From positions 310,001 to 374,000 of the forward strand of contig JALDZS010000001.1 of assembly GCA_022813965.1 (NCBI GenBank): a DNA stretch of 64,000 bases. The letters run 5' to 3'. Of this stretch, positions 49,269 to 61,021 are shown one piece after another; positions within the stretch are counted from its first letter, which is position 1, and every line of letters starts with the position of its first letter. The notes beneath the pieces are model-generated. The model was not told the DNA's origin. It worked only from the letters and a program-made list of their open reading frames with translations, and did not search any database. The position numbers were made by a program, and so were the translations under genes. This DNA is from Toensbergia leucococca. Its lineage: Eukaryota.

Positions 49269-52200
49269 GGCTCGTGGGGGTGAGATCGTTTGTCGTCCGT
49301 CCTCCGCAATTGAATATGCGGGTCGAAGACCGGCTTGCTGTGCTGGTTTATGACGTTAGTAAGCCTTGGATGATTGTGCTTGTCAGCGACGCTGAAGAAG
49401 TCAACTTTGCTATTCTAATGCGGTCTGTGCAAATTCCCGGATCACGGTTCAACTACAAAGCAAAGAGAGAAGACTGGTCTAAGTAGGACATCAAAGTCAT
49501 AACGAGATGCAAAACGGCTCACCTTGGAAAACCTTCCTTTTGGCCTTGTCCATTAATTGAAGATAACCGTACGCAGTGGCTGTATAAATGGCCAGCGGAG
49601 GATATATCCACTGAACCTATCTGAGCGCAGAAATGATCGACGTGGGGTTTGTGGAAAGGGTAAAGGGCAATAGTGGCTTCGGTAGAAGGATAATAAAGGT
49701 GATAGGGTAATATAGTCAATGGGGCCAAGGGGCTCCAATCTGCAATCTGCACGCCCGCACTCGGCTCCGAATATTAGATGATGATTCAACGCACGATACC
49801 GCCTCCAGACCAGGATATGAGTTACGTATCTAGGGTTTGCCTAGTGCACCTACCACTTGCACAAGAATTAAGCTTTGCTTTGACAGACAGTAGAGCCCAG
49901 GGTCCGGAGCGAGGCGTCTTTAGTGGCATGAGTGGCAGATCGTTGCCCGACGAGCATAGATGCAGTTATTCAAATTCAACGTCCGGCCGACGCTGCAGTA
50001 CTATCGGGGCAAGTAGAGACCCCCTGCCGGTATCAGGCAGAATGACATATTGAACGAGATGCTGAGCAGGTGCGATGCTCGTGCGAAAGCTCGAGCCTAC
50101 TCTCAGCACGAAGCTCAGAGCTAGCCTGACACTGACAGGTGCTGGGGTGTTCCTTTCATTCCTCCTCTAGCACTCGTACGCCCAAGGAAGTAGCCGCCAG
50201 CCGTAAATCCTCATGACAAGCGTAGACCCATTGGGTGTCAGGCGTTAGGTGGGTAGTAGTGAGCATGTGCGTACCAGGCTCCTTTAGTCCGTGTCCACTT
50301 TGCACGCTTGGAGCCCCCAAGGCTTCAGGCTTGGAAGCTGTTGGCGTGTGGGCGAATGAACTTGGAATGAAGGTCAGCACTACCGGTGGGAGATGCAAGA
50401 CATGGAAGCACCAATAGCGAGCATGAAGCTGTCCAAAGCGATCTCATCCGACCAGCAGCACATGATAGGCGATGACTCGGCATTTGTCAAGGACCGGCAT
50501 CATTGAACCTGCTAGCGTTGCCTCGTTCCAAACCCAAATACAGACTTCCAGTGCTCGACTCGGCCTACTCGAGTGCTGTTGACCTGACCAGACGTCACCT
50601 TCAGCTTTGCACACCACTCACGCCTGCATAGGGCACGGCATGAAGCCATCTTGCAGACGCCATCGTGCCCTGGAAATTCCGGCTACCAGGCCAGCAAACC
50701 GACGGACCGAGATAAGCTGCAGAGCGGGTATTAGGCTTTCGACGAACTCGCTGCCTCTGATTGGCCGTGCCGTGGCGCCTCAGAGACAGCGACAGATGGC
50801 TGACATCAGTTGGGCTAGTGGTGGAAGCAAAGGAGAATGATCAACGGTGACGTCGTCCAAGGATCCCCAGGGGTGCTGATTGAATCCCAGATGTCCTGAT
50901 AACTACTTAAGCCAGTCCATTTCCGCGGAAAACGATCGCGACGGAACGCTTAGTTGGGACTAAGATGGGAATCGAGCCACAAATGATCTCGACTCCCACT
51001 TATAATCCGAGCATCTGCGAAGTGCAACATCAAATTAATGAGGATATCCATGAAAGATGCCGAGTGTGCCATCAGAGGGCTTGGGACGGTGCAATCATGT
51101 CACTGGTAACATGCTACCTCCATCAGCAATCGCGATGTTCCCAGCAGCCCAGGAAGTTGGTCGAAGGGTGGCTTGCAACACTTTGACAGACGTCGGCCTA
51201 TTCAGAAGGACCAGAATTACAAGCGCAACCTCTAAGAAGCCTGGAAAGGTCGTCGAATGGTCTCACTGCAAGCCATCGGGCGTCCTGATGTCGCCTAGGC
51301 TCCTGCATGGATACGTACCTGGCGAGGTCTAGACCACGGCTCGCTACAGCGACTCCAACAATTCTGTCTTTGGTCGCGCTGACTACCGAGACTAATCAAT
51401 GACATCTCACTGCTACGGCCTACTCGTACACCACTCTATCCATAAATAGGTCTTCATTTGATCTAGAAGTCCAAGACATATGACGTGACTAGATCTTTAT
51501 CTCACTGTCAACCGCCCTTATCCTCATACGAGAATGCGATGATGGACTGAAGAAGAAGGTCGGCACGATTGCTCTGTTAGTCTTTATCCGCTTATCTTGT
51601 TTGTTCTTGAGCTTTGTATAAGCTTTCTGTAGATGTGGTGAAAATCGGATTGGCTATGCTACCAATGCTGCACCACCATCCACGAAGCACGAAGCGCAGA
51701 TCCGGCCACAAATCTAGCTACCCCAGATATGATAGAATAGGCGACCATGTGCGACATACATCACCGATTTAGATCTTGGTACAGCGGTCTCTAAGTCAGC
51801 ATGGCGGTCTGCAACCATGGTTGAATCCCTCTGCATGTGTCGTGTCAAGGAACTGGCTCCGCATTTGATATATTTTGTGTTACCTTCACTCCATCACTTT
51901 GCTTCCCGCTTCCCAAACCTGCGAGTAAAGCTGACTAGATTGGAGCGGGTCCACCCAATGAATGTAGGCTTGGATCAGGCGAATACTACTGTGTCTACTA
52001 TGATATTACCGTTTTGGGCCATCAGCGTCCATTTGCTGTTTCTGTGCAAGTCCTCGAAGTGTCTGAGATATGCAGATACTTTGTACGGACGTGAACGGAA
52101 AGAATTGGAACAGTCAAGCATTCCATACATGAATGTTACTCCCTTGGCTACCTCGACTTGTGCATCTAATTCTCGTGCTTGGAGTAATACAGGTGAGCCA

Positions 52201-53544
52201 TTGAATAATCATGTCAGGCTTCGTTCCAAATTGAGTTGCTGAGGATCGATATACTCATGTCCCTCAAAGCCAATTGAAACACTCTTATACTCAGCTTGTA
52301 CTCGTATCGTCTCAATGTGCTGACTTCCAAGATAAGACCACCGCAAAATCCGATGGGATATCTGGCATTAGTCGACCTCGGATTAGCAGTCATATCAACT
52401 TGGCATCGATTTGGTTGTAGAGTAATGTTGATGTTGATGTTGGAGTTGAACCAAGCACTGATCAATGTTTTCATTTGTTTTATTTTATTTTTATTCCATC
52501 ATTTCTGCATGCAGCCTTGAGGCTATGGCAACTAAGACAAATACAATGTGTGCAAGAAAACTTGTGAGTCTATGGGTGGTTTACGGCTACAAGTCCGTCC
52601 ATGACTGCACACACCCAGGTGATTGAGCACAAGGAAATCCTGCATTGCTGCTGACTCAAAAATCCTTGACAGTGTAGTTCATCATAGGCCATGAATAGTT
52701 ATAGATACTCAAGATGAGAAGTCGCCTTACTCTTGAACTTCTATTAGATCTTGTTGACGGCTGTTGGCGCAGGCATGGCGCATTTTTGAAAGCCGAGCTT
52801 TCAGATTCAGTGTCTGTAGATCTATTCACGCATGAATAGACCTGTTCTTTGGGGTGAAGGCTGGCCATTCATGCTGTGTAACGGGCTTCTGAAATCATGT
52901 ATGTGGATAGACCTGATCGTTGGGGGTGGAGGCTGACCATTGTACAATGGGCTTCCGATGTCGGCAGTGGCGACGGCGATAGGATGATGGTCTAATGCTC
53001 GTGGCCCAATGACTTGGTATTCAATAGTCAAATCCTTTACTGTCATCGATTTGGGCATGTCCAAAGTGGATTGAGGAGGGTATTTTGCAATTTATCCCTG
53101 GCCCTGCCTGTAGAACTACCTTACTTCTCGTCTACCTTAGGCTAAATAAAGGTAGAATATCAACCACATCCATCTTCCATCTAACCTCGGCACGTGGCCA
53201 AATTCAGCATAACAGCTGTGAGGCGCACAAGGATGCATTTGAATTCAATATTCCATGGCCATGCTTTATCATGAACTGTTTGACATTGTACTGTACAATG
53301 CAGTTCTGTCTCGCCCTGACCAAAGGGAAGTTTAGATTAAGAGGAGGGCGAGGAGGGTAATCACTCTATTTTGCCACTCTACTCCAGGCACCCGACATTA
53401 AATAATATTTTAGGCAACAACCTCACCCAAATCAAATTCAAGGTCCACGACAAACGACCAATCCCGCTCGTCCTGCACATGATGCTACTCTGAATTGATC
53501 AACACAGCAAAGGCCTTTTGGATCGTGATATACCACGTCGCAAA

Positions 53545-56500
53545 ATGGAGGCTATCCGGAACGTCATTTTACCTCGCCGACTGACCCAGATGTTTGCTGA
53601 TACCAAGAGATCTTATGAGAACATGGTTCAAACGAATCATGACGCTCCAGAGCTGTCTTCCATCCATCTTAAACTGCGCACCCAGAAGGATCGATTAATC
53701 GCCTGGGGCCTTGAATGGGCTGATGCAAGTTCCGCCCATTCGGGAGATATAGATGGATCTCTGGGCCGTGCAGGAATTAGCGATCTGGTTGCAAGCATCA
53801 TGTGCTCGATAAGGGAGCTTCTGGATGAAGCCGAGCGTATTCTGCCATTGCCGAGCCTAGCTTTCCACGCTTCTGTTCCTGCTGATAAGTTGAATACTGC
53901 TTCTGGCAGAGAAGCGGAATGGACTGACCAGAACTTGATACGCCTGGAAGAAATATCAAAGGACCTGACCACGTCCATCGATACTCTATGTGACCTGTCG
54001 GGCTCACAGCAATTTCAGAAGTACGAATCTAGCAAAGAAGCATCCTCAACCTTAGAAAAGGAAATCGGACATTATTCCTCGTTACGTTCGAATCTCTTGA
54101 CCGCCGAAAGACCAATAGTACCTGCTATACTGCCGGAGAGTATCGCTTCAACACGCCTCGATTGGGATCAACTTCGTGTGCTCCAAAGCAGTAAACAACG
54201 AGGATCGTTACCCCCATCATACGAGTCGGTTGAAGCAGGTTCAGAAGATAGAGTTCTTGCCTATCTGAGGCCCTCGAACGTACTAAAGGACTGGTCAGAG
54301 AAGCGCGTTTTGCAGTCGACTGTACTACTCGAGTATGGCTCCGTTGGCGACACTGCTCCAATGAGTGGCCAGTCATCGTTTCAACGACGCTACGAAGAGA
54401 TTACGAAAAGCCCAGAAGGCTCGCCGGCCGACTCTGAGATTCCATACATTGGAGTTCTGGAGTTAGTAGGCTGGACTATAGATCCTCGACGACCTCGATG
54501 TGCCTTCGTCTACAAATTACCTGACCTTCCGCCAGGTCCTGGAAGTTATTCCAGAGGAGTGCTTGAACCCTACAGCCTTCTCTCGTTTCTCCAGAATGGT
54601 GCCGATAGGGATAGCACTAACATGCCAAGCTTAGAAGATCGATTCCGACTTGCGTTTAATCTTGCCTCTGGGATTTATCGTCTGCATGCAAATGGCATCT
54701 CTCATCGCAATATCAACAGTAACAATGTTTTATTCTTTGCAGAGCAAGCACCAGTCTCTTCGACCAACAATAAACTATGGAAGCACGGCATTATACGCAA
54801 ACCATTTGTGACATCGTTTGATCAATGTCAGGAAGATTCGGATAAACCATATCAAGAGACTCTAATCTCTAGTATATACCGTCACCCACGGGTTGTTCAG
54901 GGCCAAAGAAGTTCTTACAAGCTAGCTCATGATATTTACAGTCTGGGACTTATTTTGCTAGAGATAGGCCTTTGGATGTCGCTGGACAAACTCTGGAAGG
55001 CTAAGTATACTCGAGCGGACTTTAAATTAAGATTGCAGAATATCTATGTTAAGAAATTGGCGGCTAAGTGCGGTAGCCAGTATATGCGAGTTGTGGACTA
55101 TTGTCTGACTATGGCTGATGACGAGGTCCTAGCTCCAGACATACTAGGGCAATGGCCTTCCAAAGAAGCACATGATACCAATTCACGGATGGAATTGTTC
55201 TGGAAAGCAATCAAACCCTTGGAGCGTTGCTGTATGATTGAAGACCTGAGCGATGCTGTCATCCCAGTCGTCCCGCCTAACGCAGCGGCGCAGTCAATTG
55301 TACAAGAAACAAAGAGATACCTTAATGGCGCCAAGCATGAGAACAGAGCCTCGAACTCTATAGCATCTCTGGATCTCCAAGACCCCGAAGACCCAGCTTT
55401 AACGCCCAGTGTCGAAAAGCAAGAAGACGCTTCAACTCCTCTTCCACTTGCGACAGGAGTGGAAACCCCTTCGGTAAACCCACATGTGGCGCGCAAATGC
55501 AAATTTAGGGTTTGGTCTCACGAATTGCCTACTTTTTATTCGACATATTGGAACACGACCATGTTTCCACGACTGGACCGAATTCTCGGAAAGATCATTG
55601 ATCGATGGGAATCATGCAGCATAGATTTATGCATGGCTGGAGAAACTGCCGAAGTAGCAAAGCCAACTGTGTACATGATGTGTACAAGTATTGACAAGGC
55701 AACGAAGGCGCTTCAGTTTGTAAACAAAGAGAAGAACTTGTTTGAAATCAAAGTAGTCAAAGGCCAGGTTTGTCGTTCCAAAGGTGGAACAAAGAGGAGA
55801 AAAGGGAAGAAAGAGAAAAGACCTCCGGGCCTGACTGCGGGAAGCGACGCTGAAGTTTACAAAGACGGACATCATAGCTCAAATCTCCATTATCAGCAGA
55901 GACCAGCATGTGGTGCATCAATTGGAGTGTTTCGGGACTGCCAAAATCTCCCGCCAGTATCTTTTGGTGGCACAGTGCTTGTAGACGGTGAACCGTTCGG
56001 CATGAGCGTTCATCATATGCTCGAAAATGACGAGATTGACTTTGGGCTTGACGATGGTCGTGATCGCAACAGCTCAACTTCTTCTCCCGAATTCATGATG
56101 CCATGCAATGCTACTACAGAAAGTCTGTCGTGGTGTCCTGAAGGCCCTTCCGAAGCACTGTACCCTTTCGAAATATCGGATGATGAGGATGATGATTATC
56201 ACTCCTCGGCTGGCGAACAGGAGTCTTGGACCTTTGAATCTTCCGGATTTGACGAACTTGATGATGATGAGGACGACATTGATATGGGGGACACGCCAGG
56301 TGTTGAGCCTGGGCAAGGCCACGATCTCATTGTCACTCAGCCGGCGATCGACGACGTTGATGATAACTTCTTTCCCTCGGAAAAAGATAAGGATGAAGAT
56401 CACGTCTCTTCGCATGCTTTGGGTCATATCTACGCGTCATCGGGCATAAAACGGTCGCGTCGAGGTGCAATAACTCATGAGGTGGACTGGGTTCTTTTCA

Positions 56501-57556
56501 AAATAAATGAGGCTCGGCTGCGGAACGATAACATTATCGCTGGCGGAGCGCGACATTGCAAGGTGAACTCGACTCGACGGGCCAAGGACTCTGATGTCTT
56601 GGAGTCGTCATCCCTCAGCGACGCCCCTTCTTATCCTTGCCAAGTCGTCCAGAACGAAGAGCTTGGTGGGCTTCGAGTCCATGCATTGGGTCGAACCAGC
56701 GGACTGCAGACCGGTGCTATTCTACCTGCCATGACTTTGATTAAGATGCCTGGGAGGATCTCTTTCTCTCATAGCTGGCAAGTCAGGGGGAACTTTGGAG
56801 GTTTGTCTCCTCGTCCCCAAGATATCTACTCTCTTTTCATCAGCCTTACTTTCAACCTTCTCCCACCGGACTTCAAGACTTGTTTAAAAACAGTTTCAAA
56901 GATTTATCACTCAGGGAAAAGATTCATCTACCACGTCCAACCAGGAGCTTTCTCTTAAGATATTTGTTGCAATTTCTCCTCTTTGAGGCTGCCAGCTAAC
57001 GACCATTCCAGTAGGCGGCGACTCAGGCGCATGGGCAGTTGACAACCACTCTGGCCGCATCTGTGGCCACGTTCTAGCCTGGTCCTCCAAATCCAATACG
57101 GCCTACATCTCCCCCATGGACGTCCTCCTTGACGACATTTCCTTCACCCTAAACGCGACCATCACCCTCCCAGGCCAAGACAAGCCCGCCTCCCCCGCCC
57201 CAACCTTACCAGAATCCCCAATCGCTCACGACCACACGAAAACGGCCCTGAACATCCATGCCCCTGCGTCCGCTTCTGACCATTCCACACTTCCCATCCT
57301 CTCACCACCCTACCTCTCCCCACCTTCCTTGCCTATCACCACATCTTCCTCCCACGGTTTAACCTCCCCCTCTTCCTCCCACGGAGCATGCTCCTCCCCT
57401 CCCCCCTCCCCTCCCACCCCGCCTGCCTTCCTCCCCCAACAACACTTTCCCAACAAGAAATGCGGGCGGCGCAACTTCAGCGCCACATTTCGCTCGCGGC
57501 TGAGGCGCGAAATGGAAGATGGGGGATTGAGTGGGAGAGTGGAGACGAGGTGTTGA
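53545..57556 (+). CDS. Multidomain protein: HeLo-like N-terminus, kinase-like (pseudokinase) domain, trypsin-fold serine peptidase-like C-terminus; intron 56801-57011
   Basis: LKLRTQKDRLIAWGLEW (HeLo-like). LEDRFRLAFNLA..LHANGISHRNINSNNVLFF, YRHP, DIYSLGLILLEIGLW (kinase-like). CGASIG, SFGG, MSVHHML, EVDWVLF, GRTSG and spliced FGVGGDSGAW..GHVLA (peptidase). Confidence 0.82.
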
Positions 57557-57752
57557 GATGGATTGTGGGTGGAGATGGAGGGAGGAAGGAGAGGAGAGTG
57601 GGGGTTGGTGGCATAAGGTAGAAAGGAGGGATTTGTGGATCGAGTATTTCGGGTTGGGTAGGCATTTGTGGATGGTTGGGTGATTGGGAAATGGGGCTGG
57701 CATTCTTTGCATTTTGGAATTTCATAGGGAGTTTTTATTGGGCAATTGTGTA

Positions 57753-57794
57753 GGATGGAGTTTTGGGGGATGGAGTTTTGGGGGATGGAGTTTT
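57753..57794. repeat. 15-bp tandem repeat (GGATGGAGTTTTGGG), about 2.8 copies
   Basis: Read directly. Confidence 0.85.
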
Positions 57795-58251
57795 TAATTT
57801 TGTGGGTGTTGGATCGGGATATCCATGTGGCGGATGGATGGGTTGGTGGGTGGGTATCTTGCTTCGCTGCTGCGCTGCTGCTGCTGCTTTTATTGAAATA
57901 GAAAAGCCGTACTGTATCCCGTCCACTTTTGTCTTTCTGGGTTTCCGAGTTCTCCCGCGCTTGCTTGATCGGCGCAATCAACGACTCTTACCTCAAACAG
58001 CAACACCATGGTACTTGCATATTCAGGTGCATTCTTCGTATACTTGTCCATGACTCGACCACAGCGTCATCATCTACAATCTACGAGCCAAATGAAAACG
58101 TATGAAACAAAGAGACTCATTATCAGCAATCTTATTTTCTTCATCTAACGCCCCTACAGACGCCCGCTCAACACCCTAGCATAAAGCATAATGCATAACG
58201 CATGTACAAACCCATCCGCGCCCTCCCTTTCATCCCCTCAGAACTACACAC

Positions 58252-60349
58252 CTACCATCCATAATTCTCGACATGCAAATACACCCCCTCAGCTCCACTT
58301 CCCTTATGCACGCCCCTAGCATCACTAATCCCCGCCACCGCCCGCCTGCACCGCGCTCCCAGACCCAGAGGCCCACAGACCGCGATGCCTGACTCGCCCT
58401 CCGCCTTGTCGAGGAGGCCCCATATCAGGTCTTCGAGAGCTGGGCGACCAGAGTGAAGTGTGTATGGTCCGGAAGGGCGGGTGGAGAGGCAGGTGGTTGG
58501 GTTGGGGAGGGCGGATTTGCAATCTGTAGGTGAGGGGATTGGGGATATGTCTACGGTGCAGCAGCAGGGGCCTTCGGTGTTGGTACATTTGCAGCCGGAG
58601 CTTTGGTCGCTGATGGTGACTGTTCGGCCTGTGGAAGGGGAAGTGGTATTTGCGTCCGTCATTTCTTCGTCGCATGTGACATATATGTTGATATCGAAAG
58701 CTATGCCTGCGGCTTTCAGGGAGGCGACGGGGTTGTAGAAATCGTCAGCGATCCATTCGATCCAGGTGCTGCTTTTGATAATCCAGATGAAGGAGAGCTG
58801 GCGGAGAGGAAGGTGAGTGGACTTGGCGCGCTGGGCGATATCGAGGAGAATTGGAAGTATGAAGGTAACGCCTGTAGAGCCGGCGATAAGTAGAGTGGAT
58901 GAAAAGGCAGCCAAGTCGGATTGAGAGGCGCCATAGGGTCCGGAGAGGAGGGCTCTATGTGTTTGATGAGTGGAAATACCGGATTCGGCATCTGATTTTT
59001 CTTTGTTTGGGGGGAGAAGAGATGTAGTTGACGAGGTAGCGGATTTGCAGAGGCGACGAGTGAACCCTTTGTGAGCTTTGAGAACGAAGATCAAATCGCC
59101 ATTGTGAGACAAGGGTGTTGACATGATGGTCGCGGGGTGTGATTGGAGAAGGCCGAACCGTGGAATAGAAAGGAAGATATGTTGCCCTGGCTTCCAGGAA
59201 CGTAGGCGGGATGACTGCACTCGGATTTTGGAGACGTTTCCAGGGAGGGCGCTGATGGTTGCACGGCATAGTCGACTGTTGACACAAGTGAAGCGGAGGC
59301 TGCGGACTAGGCGATCAAAAACGTAGAGACTAATAGGGATATACACATAGACACGAGGATAGGTAACAGGAATGTGGATCATTATTGCAATTATGAAACC
59401 CACAAAAAGGATAATATGTTGGATAACGAAAGCCTCGTATTTCCAATTTCTTAAGGGCGCGATGCTGCTGAAGTTTATCCAGGTAATAATAGTCCAGGCC
59501 GCAATTCCTGCGCTTAATAAGCATCTACACATGATTTGTGACAATAGGATGATGGCCCCACCTGTTGGATAGCAAATGTCGGTTGCTCTCTCCATGGAAG
59601 TTAGACCATATTGACTCCAACCATATTCCTGGTATCCCCAGTGGAGTGTAGCAGTGAGCCAAATCATTCTGGCAACCCATCTATGAAGTACGTTCAATCG
59701 TTCGTAGGATATCCCACTCATTACACCGATAAGATTATTTTTGCCCGCTAGAAGTATAAGAAGCGGCAGCTGGGCGACTGTAAGCCATGCAGCGCGTAGG
59801 GACAAAGCTTGGAAATGCTGAGCACCCGATATGGAATTTCCATGATACTCCAGACCGATAACGAAGGCTAGGTATACGGAGAGTAGGAGGATGATTCCAG
59901 TAGGAGGTGACTTGATCCAGGGCGAAAGCCACGAAAGCTCATGCTGTGGGTACGTTAATTCGCGAAATATGGCCGTCATGGTAGCTACAGCCTTCATAAA
60001 AGGATTGACTGGGCTCGCGGGATACGGTTGCTTCGAAACCGCTGCACGGAGTCTGCGATAACGTCAGCATGAATTGGCATGAAATATTACTCCTTTTCAG
60101 TATATAGTACCTTGCCTTGAGCACCGCAGTCCAAAAGAGATTGAAGAAGGTTGCAATGCCAATGACAGCGGTAATGCCGTACCAGAAGGCTTGAGATATG
60201 GCAATATCAACAGGCTGGAGGTCCGAGTCATCTAATATTTCACCTAGAAAATCCATGGCCACAGTAGAATTGGTCATGTTCATGCCGGCATCAGACAGAA
60301 GGACGGAGGCCATGGATTGGTCCCCCATACCAGTCATACTGGACTCCAT
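58252..60349 (-). CDS. Ferric/cupric reductase (FRE family), probably 3 exons
   Basis: LAGKNNLI, LNVLHRWVAR..TLHW and IQH..MIH heme His pairs, WKPGQH, QSHPATI (FAD), SGPYG, IAGSTGVTF, VCGP, HVENYGW. Confidence 0.93.
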
Positions 60350-61021
60350 TTTAATAGCACCGAGGATTAGAGGCGAGATGAAGTATCAAGATAATAGGGT
60401 TGAATTGCTGTTGGAAGAGGAGGGGGCTTCGGATGGTCGGATGGTGGATGGCATGCGAACGCCTTTAAGGAGGATGGAGTGGTATAAGAAGTAGGTAGAG
60501 CGAGAGGCGGAGTTGAGGTTGTCGACAGTGTCCGTACTTGAAGCAAATGGTAGCCATGCTTCCTTTTGTGTTGGAGGTTTAAATGGCGAGAGGAATTGGA
60601 GTGAACTGGAGTAAATGTGCTCTAATCCCTGTCGTGGTGCAGCCAATGAGCTTGCAAGGTCGATAATGCACCTTTCGGCCTTTGTCTCTCCCACTTTCAT
60701 TACTTTTAATACTTTCATCACCATTGACAAGGCAACAAACAGAATGCAATTTGGAAGAGTGTCATGAAAGAGTACATGTATGCTCTTGTTCGTCTATCAC
60801 AATGAATGTTACTGATCAGTCCTTCCAGCATCAAACCAATACAGTATGCTTGAGTGGTGGAGGGAACGTGTTTCTATTGATAGCGAGAACGAGTTCTACT
60901 GTTACTTCAAGTATATCTACTGCCATCCTTGATGTGAGTTGGTTGATGTTTATCAAATACCTGCCAAGTCTAGAACGCTATTGACTACCTTACTGCTACC
61001 CCTACACTTCGGCCAGTTCAG

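Noticed and set aside
56801..56958. C-terminal extension of the 1146-aa ORF
   Set aside because: Read-through into a GT-AG intron; the spliced form restores the GDSG motif.
60384..60393. ATCAAGATAA near the ferric reductase start as an SreA iron-repression site
   Set aside because: Spacing differs from the ATCWGATAA consensus and it lies only ~35 bp from the ATG.
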